A DNA stretch of 64,000 nt from assembly GCF_963921235.1 (NCBI RefSeq), contig NC_086097.1:108936001-109000000 (forward strand), in the 5' to 3' direction. This document shows, in pieces, positions 10,470 to 23,203 of this stretch. Position 1 is the first letter of the stretch. Each line of letters starts with the position of its first letter. The stretch is from Mobula hypostoma (Eukaryota). Under the pieces are notes generated by a model. The model saw only the letters and a list, made by a program, of their open reading frames with translations, was not told where the DNA came from and searched no databases. The translations under genes were made by a program, and so were the position numbers.

Positions 10470-13262
10470 AACAAGAAGAGGCCCTTTAGCTCATGATGAA
10501 TGGCATTTAATCCCTGTGACTGCACGTAGCTTGTTTATCCATTTTCTGCACTTTCATTTCTCTGCTGTATATGCAGCTCCTTAAACACCTCTGTTAAATC
10601 ATCACCACTATTAGCAGTGCATTCTCTGCATGTCTTATAAGAAAAATGCCCTCCACACCTCTTTTGAACTTCCCCTTCACACATTAAATGCAAACATCCT
10701 AGTGTTAGACATTTCTATCTTAAGAGAACTCTCTCTCTGTCTCATGATCTTATAAACGTATATTAGGTGCACCCTCAGCCACTGCTACTGTAAAGACAAT
10801 TTAAGTTTGTCCAACCGCTTTTTTATAGCACATACCCTTTAATCCAGGCAATATCCTGGTTAAACTCTTCTGAGCTTCTCCATAGCCTCCAAATGCTCCT
10901 GAGGACTGGGAGAAATTCAGAGTCCAGCAGAGGAGGACAAAGGGCTTAATTAGGAAAAGGAAAAAAAGATTATGAGAGAAAACTGGCAGGGAACATAAAA
11001 ATTGACTGTAAAAGCTTTCATAGATATGTGAAAAGAAAAAGATTGTTTAAGACAAATGTAGGTCCCCTACAGACAGAAACTGGTGAATTGCTTATGGGGA
11101 ACAAGGACATGGCAGAACAATTGAATAACTACTTTGGTTCTGTCTTCACTAAGGAGGACATAAATAATCTTCTGGAAATAGTAGGGGACAGAGGGTCCAG
11201 TGAGATGGAGAAGCTGAGGGAAATACATGTTAGTAGGGAAGTGGTGTTAGGAAAATTGAAGGGATTAAAAGCAGATAAATCCCCAGGGCCAGATGGTCTG
11301 CATCCCAGAGTGCTTAAGGAAGTAGCCCAAGAAATAGTGGATGTATTAGTGATAATTTTTCAAAACTCTTTAGATTCTGGACTAGTTCCTGAGGATTGGA
11401 GGGTGGCTAATGTAACCCCGCTTTTTAAAAAAGGAGGGAGAGAGAAACTGGGGAATTATAGACCGGTTAGCCTAACGTCGGTGGTGGGGAAAATGCTAGA
11501 GTCAGTTATCAAATATGTGATAACAGCACATTTGGAAAGCAGTGAAATCATCAGACAAAGTCAGCATGGATTTGTGAAAGGAAAATCATGTCTGACGAAT
11601 CTCATAGAATTTTTTGAGGATGTAACTAGTAGAGTGGATAGGGGAGAACCAGTGGATGTGGTATATTTGGATTTTCAAAAGGCTTTTGACAAGGTCCCAC
11701 ACAGGAGATTAGTGTGCAAACTTAAAGCACGCAGTATTGGGGGTAAGGTATTGATGTGGATAGAGAATTGGTTGGCAGACAGGAAGCAATGAGTGAGAAT
11801 AAACAGGACCTTTTCAGAATGGTAGGTAGTGACTAGAATCTGTGAAATTCTCTGCCACAGGAAACAGTTGAGGCCAGTTCATTGGCTATATTTAAGAGGG
11901 AGTTAGATATGGCCCTTGTGGCTAAAGGGATCAGGGGGTATGGAGGGAATGGGGTACCACAAGGCTCAGTGCTAGGACCCCAGTTGTTTACAATATATAT
12001 TAGTGACTTAGATGAGGGAATTAAATGCAGCATCTCCAAGTTTGCGGATGACACGAAGCTGAGTGGCAGTGTTAGCTGTGAGGAGGATGCTAAGAGGATG
12101 CAGGGTGACTTGGATAGGTTAGGTGAGTGGGAAAATTCATGGCAGATGCAATTTAATGTGGATAAATGTGAAGTTATCCACTTTGGTGGCAAAAATAGGA
12201 AAACAGATTATTATCTGAATGGTGGCCGATTAGGAAAAGGGGAGGTGCAACGAGTCCTGGGTGTCATTATACACCAGTCATTGAAAGTGGGCATGCAGAT
12301 ACAGCAGGCAGTGAAAAAGGCAAATGGTATGCTGGCATTTATAGCGAGAGGATTCGAGTACAGGAGCAGGGAGGCACTACTGCAGTTGTACAAGGCGTTG
12401 GTGAGACCACACCTGGAGTATTGTGTGCAGTTTTGGTCCCCTAATCTGAGGAAAGACATCCTTGCCATAGAGGGAGCGCAAAGAAAGTTCACTAGATTGA
12501 TTCCTGGGATGGCAGGACTTTCATATGATGAAAGACTGGATCGACTAGGCTTATTCTCATTGGAATTTAGAAGATTGAGGGGGGGATCTGATTGAAACGT
12601 ATAAAATCCTAAAGGGATTGGACAGGCTAGATGCAGGAAGATTGTTCCCGATGTTGGGGAAGTCCAGAACGAGGGGTCACCGTTTGAGGATAAAGGGGAA
12701 GCCTTTTAGGACCGAGATGAGGAAAAACTTCTTCACACAGAGAGTGGTGAATCTGTGAAATTCTCTGCCACAGGAAACAGTTGAGGCCAGTTCATTGGCT
12801 ATATTTAAGAGGGAGTTAGATATGGCCCTTGTGGCTAAAGGGATCAGGGGGTATGGAGGGAAGGCTGGTACAGGGTTCTAAGTTGGATGATCAGCCATGA
12901 TCATACTGAATGGTGGTGCAAGCTCGAAGGGCCGAATGGCCTACTCCTGCACCTATTTTCTATGTTTCTATGTTTCTATTATGGGGTGACCAGAACTGAA
13001 AGCAATACTCCAGATATGGCCAAACCAGAGTATGGTAAAGCTATAACATAACTCCCTGACTGTTGAACTCAATGCCTCACCTAGTAAAGGCCACTATACC
13101 ATGCACCTTATTAACTACCCTATCAATTTGTACAGCCAATTTCAGTGAGCTATGGACTTGGACCCCAAGATTCCTCGTTACATCAATGTTGTTAATGGTC
13201 TTGCCGTTAACTCCGTACTTTCCCTTTACATTTGATCTCCCAAAATGTAGCACCTCACACTT
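10470..13262 (-). mobile_element. Older CR1 LINE split by a younger CR1 (pieces at about 10470-10897 and 12978-13262)
   Basis: Minus-strand ORF at 13077-13286 (KCEVLHFGRSN...RNLGVQVHSSLK); the two flanks join into continuous CR1 sequence. Confidence 0.75.
10898..12977 (+). mobile_element. Young 5'-truncated CR1 LINE with disrupted ORF2 reverse transcriptase
   Basis: ORFs 11028-11792 and 11882-12595 carry KSPGPDG, NYRPVSLTS, YLDFQKAFDKVPH, GVPQGSVLGP and FADD. It has a (TTTCTATG)n tail, plus stops, a frameshift and an internal insertion. Confidence 0.97.
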
Positions 13263-13277
13263 GGAAGGCAAATTCAC

Positions 13278-13845
13278 TGTTAGCATTCATTTTGAGAGGA
13301 CTGGAATATAAAGTAAAGATGTAATGCTGAGGCTTTATAAGGCATTGTTCAGACTCCACTTGGAGTATTGAGAGCAGTTTTGGGACCTTTACTTAAGAAA
13401 ACATACTGGTGTTGAAGAGGATCCAGAGGAAATTCGTGAGAATGATTCCAGGAATGAAAGGGTTAACATATGATTTGATGGCTCTGGACCTGTACTTGCT
13501 GGAGTTTAGAAGAATGAGGGGGGATCTCATTGAAGCCAATTGAATATTGAAAAGCCTAGAGAGAATGGATGTGGAGAAGAAAGTTCCTATAGTGGGGGAG
13601 ACTAGGACCAGAGGGTACAGCCTCAGAGTAGAGCATGTCCCTTCTGATCTGAAGATAAGGAGGACTTTTTTCACCTAGCGAGTGATGAATATGTGGAATT
13701 CATTGCCGCAGATGGCTGTGGAGGCCGAGTCATTGGCTATGTATGTTAAGTGGAGGTTGAGAGGTTCTTGATTTGTAGGAGTGTCAAAGGTTATGGGAGA
13801 AGGCAGGAGAATAGAGCTGGGAGGGAGAATAAATCAGACATGTTG
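13278..13845 (+). mobile_element. CR1 LINE 3' fragment
   Basis: RT C-terminus plus a 3' UTR ending in (tcttatg)-type repeats. Confidence 0.85.
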
Positions 13846-13906
13846 GAATAGTGGAAACATTTCTATGGGCCAAATGGCTTAATTCTGCTCTTATGTCTTA
13901 TGGAAA

Positions 13907-14545
13907 TAAAATCAGATTTATTATCACTGTCATATATTATGTGAAATTTGTGTGACAACAATACAGTGGAAAGACATAAAATTATTAACAATTACAAAAT
14001 AAACAGTAAAAAGAAAGGAATAATGAAGCAGTGTTCATGGACCTTTCAGAAATCTAATGGCAAAGGGGAAGAAGCTGTTTCTTAATCACTGGGTCTTCAG
14101 GTTCCTGTGCCTCCTTCCGAATGGTCATAATAAGAAGAGGGCATGTCCTAGATGGTGATTGTCCTGAATGATAAATGTCCCTTTTTGATCTTGAAGATAA
14201 CTTCGACTGTGGGGAAGGTTGTGGCAGTGAAGGAACTGACGGAGACTACACCCCTCTACAGCATTTGGGATCCTGTATGTTGGAGGCTTCATACCAGATT
14301 GTGATTTAATCAGTCAGAATGCTCTGCATTGTACATCTATAGAAGTTTGCCAGTCACCTAATACCAAATCCCCTCAAACTCCTAATGAATTTGAGTCACT
14401 GGTGTCCCTTGTTTGTGATTGCATCAATATGTTGGTTCTAGGGTAGATCCTCTGAGATGTTCCAGGAACGTGAAGTTGTTCACCTTGCCTCCACTGACTC
14501 TTCACTGGTGTGCATTTCCTGGACCTCTGCTTCCTGGAGCTGTTC
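13907..14545 (-). mobile_element. Rex1/Babar LINE 3' fragment
   Basis: Reverse-complement homology to the Rex-type copy at 28760-29960. Confidence 0.7.
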
Positions 14546-14589
14546 AGCAGGTTAGCAGGTGTATCTTATGTCAATGGTCAAAGCCATAA

Positions 14590-15155
14590 CACCTGGAGTA
14601 TTGTGTGCAGTTTTGGTCCCCTAATCTGAGGAAAGACATCTTTGCCATAGAGGGAGTACAAAGAAGGTTCACCAGATTGATTCCTGGGATGGCAGGTCTT
14701 TCATATGAAGAAAGACTGGATGAACTGGGCTTGTACTCGTTGGAATTTAGAAGATTGAGGGGGGATCTGATTGAAACGTATAAGATCCTAAAGGGATTGG
14801 ACAGGCTAGATGCGGGAAGATTGTTCCCGATGTTGGGGAGGTCTAGAACGAGGGGTCACAGTTTGAGGATAGAGGGGAAGCCTTTTAGGACCTAGGTTAG
14901 GAAAAACTTCTTCACACAGAGAGTGGTGAATCTGTGGAATTCTCTGCCACAGCAAACTGTTGAGGCCAGTTCATTAGCTATGTTTAAAAGGAAGTTAGAT
15001 ATGGCCCTTGTGGCTACAGGGGTCAGGGGGTATGGAGGGAAGGCTGGGTTCTGAGTTGGATGATCAGCCATGATCATAATAAATGGCGGTGCAGGCTCGA
15101 AGGGCCGAATGGCCTACTCCTGCACCTATTTTCTATGTTTCTATGTTTCTATGTT
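14590..15155 (+). mobile_element. Young CR1 3' end, same subfamily as 10898-12977
   Basis: Near-identical to 12410-12977, with a (TTTCTATG)n tail. Confidence 0.95.
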
Positions 15156-15358
15156 TACTTTAGAAAGGGACCTTCAATGGTTTGTAACAGCATTCTATAA
15201 AATCGCCTTATTTTGAATCTGAAAAAATAAACATCTTGAACCTTTAATCTAAATTCACTGGCCTTCAGAAGTAGCCACTGAACTTTGGATACCACTGCTT
15301 CATCATTTGATGAGGAACTCCTTTTCAAATATACTAATGTCTTAGGATCCTAGATATA

Positions 15359-16243
15359 CCCTCAGTGGCTATTTTATTAGGTACTCCTGCACAGCTCATT
15401 ATCAGAATCAGGTTTAATAGCACTGGCATATGTCGTGAAATTTGTTATGTGGCAGTAGTACATTGCACTTCATAACAATGAAAACTGTGAATCACAGTAA
15501 GATATGTATATAATTTCAAACATCTAATCTGCCAATCACGTGGCAGTAACTCAAAGCATAAAAGCATGTAGACATGGTTGTGGTAACTTCTACTTTGAAA
15601 AAGGCACACTTGACAACTTCATGCCCAAAGAAACAACCTTATCTCGAACATCAAAACTGATATGTATATACAGAGGCTTTCACAACCCGTACGACATGGC
15701 AGGAACAGGATATACAAAGCACTGGAAGTAAAAAGAACATAAGTAAAACCCCCCATATCCTAATTAGTATTAACTTACTTTTAGTAATGCTCACATTACA
15801 ACAATGGTCAAGAGGTTCAGTTGTTGTTCGACCAAATATCAGAATGAGGAAGAAATGTGATCTGAGTGACTTTGACTGCGCATTATTGTTGGTCCCAGCT
15901 GGACTTGTTTGAGTATCTCAGAAACTGTTGATTTCCTGGGATTTTCACACACAGCAGTCTTTAGAGTTCCCAGAGAATGGTGGGAAAAACAAAACAACAT
16001 CCAATGAGAGGCAGTTTAGGAGCAAAAATGCCTTGTTAAGGAATGAGGTGATAAGGGAACAGCCAGACTGATTCGAGCTGACAGGAAGGCGACAGTGTCT
16101 CAGATAACTATGTATTTCAACAGTGGAGCGCAGAAGAGCATCTCTGAATGCACAACATGCCAAATCCTGAAGTGGATGGGCTACAGCAGCAGAAGACCAC
16201 GCCAGGATCCAGTCCAGTACCTAACCAATGTGGACACTGAGCG
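15359..16243 (+). mobile_element. Non-autonomous Tc1 deletion derivative with two nested insertions
   Basis: TIRs ccctcagtggctattttattaggtac / gtacctaaccaatgtggacactgagcg; transposase N-terminal remnant (QKSISECTT..LKWMGYSSRRP). Confidence 0.85.
15579..15803. mobile_element. Short solo LTR (225 bp)
   Basis: Termini TGTGGTAA...TTACAACA with a perfect 5-bp TSD ATGGT (15574-15578 and 15804-15808), inside the Tc1 derivative. Confidence 0.75.
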
Positions 16244-16244
16244 A

Positions 16245-17340
16245 AAGTTATACATTATACAAGATACAATACAAACAAAAATCACTATCAGAGAAAAATC
16301 AATGGTAGAGCAAGAGGTGGTCCATGAGGTATTCACTGCTGAGGCAGGACAGGGATTGTACAGGTTGGTTAAAGAACCTGATGATCATAAGAAAGTAGCT
16401 TTTCCTAAAACCAGTTGGTATGGCTCTTTGGGCTTCTATACTTCCTGCTGTATGGTAGCAGCAAGGTGAGGGCATGACTCTGATGGTTAAATGTCATTTT
16501 CTTAAGACAGCACCTCCTGTAGATGCTGTCAGTGATGGGAAGGGCTGTACCCATGATGGACTAGACTGTGTCCACAACTCTCTCGAGCCTGTTACGTTCC
16601 TGTTCCATGACATGATGCAACTAGTCAGGATATTTTCAAGAGTACATCTTAGAGGGTTGTTGGAATATTTGGTGACATTCCAAATCTCATTAAGCTTCCA
16701 AGGAAGTCAGGATCATGGTGTTTTGTCTTTGTGATTGTATCAATGGTCCCAGGACAAGGCAGCCAAGATGTTAATGCCAAGGAATTTGAGATCAGGGACT
16801 TTGAGCAGGCGGGTGTAGATCTACCATTGTTCTTTCTTTCTAAGTATGCATAAAAGGCATTGAGCTCATCCAGAAGTGATGTGTCATTGTCGTTTATGGT
16901 ACTTGGCCTCACGTTGTAGGAAGTGCCATGCACGTCCTGCTACAGCTGTCGAGCAAACATCTGTGACTCTAATTTAGTCCGGAATTTGGCGTTTTTGTGC
17001 TCATGATCTACATCCAGATGTCGTAACTGGATTCCTGCATCACCTGTACTAAATGTCACAAGCACAGCCCTGAGGTTCATCTGGGATGTCCGGTTGGGAA
17101 GGACTTGGAATGTTTTGTAGGTACGCAGAAATGCAAGTACTTCTGAAGTTGGTGAGGATTCTGATGTATCCATTCAGATCTGCTGATGAGTCATTGAAAG
17201 TGCCCCAGTGCATCGATTCAAAGCAGTTCTTTGTGTGCTGCTCTGTCTCCTTTGACCATGTCTTCATTGTCCTCTCTGTTAAAGCTGCACTTTTCCGTCT
17301 CTGCCTATAGCAGGAAGAGAAAGCACAGCGAGGTGGTTCG
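16245..17340 (-). mobile_element. Rex1/Babar LINE fragments
   Basis: Minus-strand peptides SLLDELNAFYAY and KTWSKETEQH..NCFES..W..F are typical of the Rex1 ORF. Confidence 0.75.
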
Positions 17341-17530
17341 ATTTACCAAAATGCATTGAGGAATGAAGTGGAAGGCTTTCCTTCAATCATTTGCTCATCC
17401 TCATTCTAAGATAAGGTCAAATGCATGCTTCTCCCTAGTAGGACTTTCTACATACTGCTTCAGAAAACCCTTTTGAATACATTTTATGAATTCCACTCCA
17501 TCTGTGGCTCCTGCACTAAAGCAATCCCAA

Positions 17531-17622
17531 TTAATACTGATGAAGTTAAAATCACCTTCTACTACATTCCAACTCTTTAATACTGATGAAGTTAAAATCA
17601 CCTTCTACTACATTCCAACTCT
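17531..17622. repeat. Perfect 46-bp tandem duplication inside a CR1 endonuclease fragment
   Basis: ttaatactgatgaagttaaaatcaccttctactacattccaactct occurs twice in tandem. Confidence 0.95.
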
Positions 17623-18344
17623 TTTAGTGCCTTCCTCCAATCTGTCTAAATATCTGTCTTTCTAATTCCATCTGACTGTTAAGTGGTCTGCGAGTTATAA
17701 TGGTGTACATTTCTTCTGCTCATAACCAGAAGTGAGGGTCCCTATTCAAGATGAGACTCTTTCTACAGGGACATCAAAGTGGTTGCACATATGATTACAG
17801 CCATAGGCTGATGTTATAGACTGGTGCAAATGAGATTTGTTAGGTTTTTGCATTGCTGGTTTGTTCGCCACCTGCTGACCCAGACAAATTGTTTTATCCT
17901 TAGAAACCTGGCCACCTCAGTCTTTAATAACTGCCGGTCATCTCAGCACCAGGGTCTGGCTTCAAGAGATCCTCAGGCCCTTGTCCTTCGGACAATCCTT
18001 TCTTATCTTCTCCAGTGGTGACCCATCTTTATTGACTCAATTCTTCACTGATACTCTGTCAATATTGCCTGGCCTGATGAATATCCTTAGTATTTTCTGT
18101 TATCACTAGGATGTTTGCTTTTGGAGAAATGTGTTAAGGTAATGGAAAATTTCAGGGAAATTGTGACTAGTACCTAAAGCGGATGGTCTCTCACATCCAA
18201 CTTGAAAGCCTAAATGGTAATAAGATATTTCTACACACTGTTTTCTACGCACTGGAAGGAAAAACACTCAGGGGATTACTACAGAGTGATCTGGTGGTCT
18301 AGACAGCAAAAGATCCTTTACCATACTCCTAGATTGTTGATAAA

Positions 18345-18650
18345 ACTGTAAGACATAGGAGCCCAATTAGGCCATTCTGCCCATTAAGTCTGTTCTGCCA
18401 TTCTATTTTGGCTGCTTTATTTTCCTTCTTAGCCCCATTCTCCTAGCTTTTCCTCATAACTTTTGATGCTATTAACCTCAGCTTTAAATATACCCAATAT
18501 CTAGTCCTCCAACTACCAGTGGCAATGAATATTAGTAACCACCCTATGACTAAAGAAATTCCTCCTCATCTCCATTCTATTCTGAGACTGTGTCCTCTGC
18601 TCATAGACTCCCCTACATCCTCTCAACATCCACTATCGAGGCCTTTCAAT
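18345..18650 (-). mobile_element. CR1 3' end
   Basis: Starts taagacataggagc..ttaggccattc, the reverse complement of the CR1 3' UTR. Confidence 0.8.
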
Positions 18651-20427
18651 TAATTCAAATAATTAAACCATTAATTTAAATTTGTGTAATTACATTGCTC
18701 ACCAAGGAAGGGTTTGGTCTAAAATGAGGAAACAAGGATGAGAGAATTATTTCATACTGTGAGGGCTACTTATCCATCTGGTATAGTGACAATGTATGGT
18801 AGACAATGATGACCAGTGAGGAATGATTTAGAACTTTTCTGAATCCGGATTCCTTGTGCCCATGCACATCATTGATATTGAAGGGCTTTGGCTGTGTTTA
18901 TGGTATGTGCATGCTCAAGTGTTGATAGTTTTTATAATTGTAAAGTTCTGGAGTGCCACATGGTTAAGGTTTGCTCCTCAGATCCTTGTGAGGCATGCAG
19001 ACTGGGTAGATTCCAGTCCTTGTCTGCTCAAGGCCATAGAAGCCGTGCATCTGTTTTCTATCTGTATGGGATTCTGTGTGGTGTATTTATATTGGTAACT
19101 GATCACATGGGTGGGTGTGTGGTGAGCGATGGGAATAAGTTACATTACCGTGCTTTGTTCTGGGCAGTTTGGTTCTGGGAACCGCTGGGTGTCATATCTT
19201 TAGCTGGTCGCTTAATTGCATCGCTTCAAGTTGCAAATAAAGGATCGAATACAGTTCTTCGTCTTATGGAGCATTATTATTTGAGTGATTGGATGGTGCG
19301 TCATACAAAATGACAACCCATGCTAGGCCACTGACAGTGGCAATTGGTTTGTTAGAATTGCCCGCTACAAAGGGTATGATATTGTATTCGTATTTGAGAA
19401 TGCAGCGTTTGTAACATCCTTACACAATTTCAGTTATGTGGTATGCATGCACAGCTGATTCTTAGAATGATCTGGAAGGGGAAACTGAAAATCTGGAGGT
19501 GATAATCAGATTTATCATCACTCTCTTATCTGGTGTGACATCTGGTGTTTTGTGGTAGCAATACAATGCAAAGGCATAAAACTACAGTAAAATACAAACT
19601 AAATAGTTCAGAAAGAAAGGAATAGTGAGGCACTTTTCATGGATTTATGGACCACTCTGAAACCTGATGGCAGATGGGAAGAAACAAAGGGAAGAACCTC
19701 TATTGGTAAGTGGCATGGGTTCGGGCAAATACCAGCCTTTCCTAGAATAGGTCACAGATTTATCTTGCCACTTTGTGTAGCTTACATCCGTGTAATGCAA
19801 TAATAATTCCATTTTAGGGAATCATTTTCACAGAAGAGTTGTGCCTCACATTAAAAGTTACTTTATGCCTTCTATAAGGATACGATCAAAGTTTGCAGGG
19901 TGCAATACAATCATGTAGCTCATGTAGACAAAAATAAATATTCATTCAAATGGATTTCCAAGCCAGTCCCTATTATGGGGAGAACATTGTTTGTAAGGCA
20001 CCAATGCTACTACAGAGATGAAAGGAATGGCTCTATTGTGATGACAAGGGGTTAATTCAACAATAATTTGATTTAAAAACATGTGATTAAGCAAATTTTC
20101 TTGATGCAAACCTGTCTTTTGGTCTGGTTAATAGATTTTTAGTACACTCCTGTGGTGTAATAACGTTGTTTTGCCTCTAACATTACCACTGTAATAGAAG
20201 TCCAAGGCTATTCGAAACAACTTCTCCAGTCCAATGCTTTCTATTCCATCTGAACAATTCTGAGCCTTCTCCCCACAGATTCATTGCCAACTTACCAAGG
20301 GTATCTGATTGCCATGTTATGCCTTCTTTTCAGAATTTTAGGCTCTCAGTCACCATGAAGATATGGCCTATTCCTTGACATAATCTTTATTAATGATACA
20401 CTATGTTGAATAAACTCTTCCCTGCTG

Positions 20428-20472
20428 TGCTCCCTGAAGAAGGTGGCAGAGTTTGTCATTGAAATGTCGATT
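20428..20472 (+). ncRNA. Hammerhead-ribozyme-like core with long stem II (degenerate)
   Basis: CUGAAGA-a-GGUGGCAGA-g-UUUGUCAUU-GAAAUGUC; stem II pairs with several G-U wobbles, stem I is weak. Confidence 0.5.
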
Positions 20473-20819
20473 ATAATCAATACCTGCACCCAGCTGGAAG
20501 GCTGAGGAGAGATTATTCATCAACAATGCCAGAAATCCTTCCACCTTTTGGATTTGGCACACACACACTGAGAATTTCAGTTTGAGAATTATATGGTGAA
20601 CTTAAAAATCACTTTCAAGATCTCAAACTACTCAAAATTCTGCTTTAAAAATCCTTTAAAATTTAATATTAAATATCAACATTGTGGTCTGTTCCTGTAC
20701 CGTACAATTCCATGTTCTATGTCAGTATGCCATTCAGTTGGCTTAAAGTGGTACACAGGTAATTTTTGGTAGGGAAAACACTAACGTCAACAGTTTCATT
20801 TGTGAAAGTGTGACAGTTG

Positions 20820-21475
20820 TAATGGAATGTTAGCATTCATTTCGAAAGGACTCGAATATAAAAGCAAGGATGTAATGCTGAGGCTTTGTAAGGCACTGGC
20901 TCAACTACACAAAGTATTGTGAGCAGTTCTGGGTCCCCTTATCTGAAAAAGGATGTGTTGACCTTGGAGGGGGTCCAGAGGTGGTTCACAAGGTGGTTCC
21001 AGGAATGAAAGGGTTATTATACGAGGAATGTTCGATGGCTTTGTGTCTGTACTCGCTGGAATTCAGAAGGATGTGGGGAATCTTATTGAAACTTTTCCAA
21101 TGTTGAAAGGCCTAGACAGAGTAGATGTGGAAAGGATGTTTCCCATGGTGGGAGAGTCTAGGATAAGAGGGCACAGCCTCGGGATAGAGGGGCGTCCTTT
21201 CAAAACAGAGATTTGGAGGAATTTCTTTAGCTAAAGGGTGGTGAACTTGTGCAATTTGTTGCCACATGCAGCCGTAGAGGCCAGGTCATTGGGTGTATTT
21301 AAGGCAGAGATTGGTAGGTTCTTGATCGGACATGGCATCAAAGGCTTTGGGGAGAAGGCCGGCAACTGGGGTTGAGGAGGAGATAGAAAACAAGGATCAG
21401 CCGTAATTGAGTGGCAGAGCAGACTCAATGGGCCAGATGACCTAATTCTGCTCCTATGTCTTATGGTCTTATGGA
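20820..21475 (+). mobile_element. CR1 LINE 3' fragment
   Basis: LKGLDRVDVERMFP..GESRIRGHSL motif plus a (tcttatgg)n tail. Confidence 0.9.
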
Positions 21476-22180
21476 AACTATCTGCTCATGTACAGTGTCT
21501 TTTGCATCATCCTAAGAGCCCGGAGAACATCTTGCCTGAAAAGTTACACATCTCAGAGTACAGACCTTTCTCAATTCTGTCCTGAATGCTCCCTATGTTT
21601 ATTTTTTACAATATCTAAAATAGATGTTGACCACACAACCTCCTTAACTTAGGAGGTACATGTACAGTCCACTGAGCTGCTTCTAGAGTTTTTGGTTTAT
21701 TGAAGTTGCCAAGCATGTTATTTAATGATATGGAATCAGAGTGCATGTCTGAGAACCACAGGGAGAAATGGACAGCATCAACAGGTTTATAGTTCAAAAT
21801 AAGCGATCAAAGTACATGGAGAAATAGATAGCATCAGCATAGTCATGGTCCAAAATAAATTATCAAAGTACATATATGTCACCATATAAAACCTTGAGAT
21901 TCATTTCCTTGTGGATATACACAGTAAATGCAAGAAGCACAACAGAATCAGTGAAAGACCACACTCAACTGGATGGACTAAAGAACAATGTGCAAAAGAT
22001 AACAAACTGAACCAATACAAAAAAGTACTAAAAATAATAATAAATAGGCAATAAATATAGAGAACATGAGATGAAGTGTCTTTGAAAATTAGTTCATAGA
22101 TTGTGGGACCAGTTCAGTGAAGTTGAGTAAAGTTATCCCTTCTGGTTCAAGAGCCTGATAGTTGAGAGGTAAAAATTATC

Positions 22181-23087
22181 ATAATGCTCTCACTGGGACT
22201 CATATACAAACTTAACTCATTAGCTAACTCTGCTAACGGCCATGTGACAGCAGTGAGAAGGTCACTCATAAACAATGTACGTCTCAGGTCAGTTTGATTT
22301 GGGGTTCAACCAAACAGGAACATTGGGAATTCTGATTAAAGGAACCTCAATTTGAGTCCTGATGAAGGGTCTCGGCCTGAAGCACCCACTGTGCTTCTTC
22401 CTATGGATGCTGTCTGGCCTGCTGTTTTCCACCGGCATTTTGTGTGTGTTGCTCAATTTGAGTGAATGCTGTGTAAATACTGCCCATTCACAATTATCGA
22501 CTGGCAAGAAATAAGAGATTATACACCTTATACAATTATATAGGAAGTATATTTATCAATTTTAGCTTTACCAAACAGTTAATAGGAAAAAGAAATGAAT
22601 GAAAAAAAATGGAAGAGCCCATTACACTTAGATCAGTCTAAATGTGCACATAACCGTTGGAGCTCGTCTCTTCCAAAAGCTGGGTATAACCATTACTCAT
22701 GGTGCTGAATTCTTATTACCAATCGCTGGTAGGACATCCCATCTTGGACTCCTTTATCTTGCAAAGGACTTCTTTTAATAGCGTCTTCCCATTGGATCGA
22801 ATCCTATGGGCATCTCCCCGGTCTTCACTTCTCTACATCTCTGGCCAAAAATTTATGAATCTGACCACTGTCCATCACAAATCTCTCTCTGCGTAACTCT
22901 CTTTAGGACCTTCTTCCGCTCCCACCATCCTGACTGGCTAACACAACATTCCCAAGTTCAACAATGTAGCTCTTTATCTTTAGTCGAAACGAAAACATTC
23001 TACCAGCAGGTCGCACTGATTTACAGAAAACCGTTAAAATGAAATACCTACAGTCACAGCAGTAGAAATCTTAACCAGGGCATTACA
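22181..23087 (-). mobile_element. Probable solo LTR interrupting a Rex1 fragment; contains a Penelope-derived remnant at about 22350-22455
   Basis: Ends in ...gggcattaca. Rex sequence stops near 22175 and resumes at 23088 (tgttcctgaacct). The left terminus is degenerate and no clean TSD is visible. Confidence 0.45.
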
Positions 23088-23203
23088 TGTTCCTGAACCT
23101 CATTGTATGGGTCCTCAGGGCCCTGTAGTGAGAAGGGAGCATAGCCTAGATGGTGGGGGCCCTTGATGATGAATTCTGCTTTCCTGCAATAGTGCTTCAT
23201 GTA

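Noticed and set aside
11028..12595. Reverse transcriptase ORFs as a functional gene or retron-like system
   Set aside because: Standard CR1 ORF2, 5'-truncated, with a stop at 11790-11792, an insertion and a frameshift.
18856..19313. 141-aa and 80-aa ORFs
   Set aside because: No recognisable domain or splice support; probably decayed repeat sequence.
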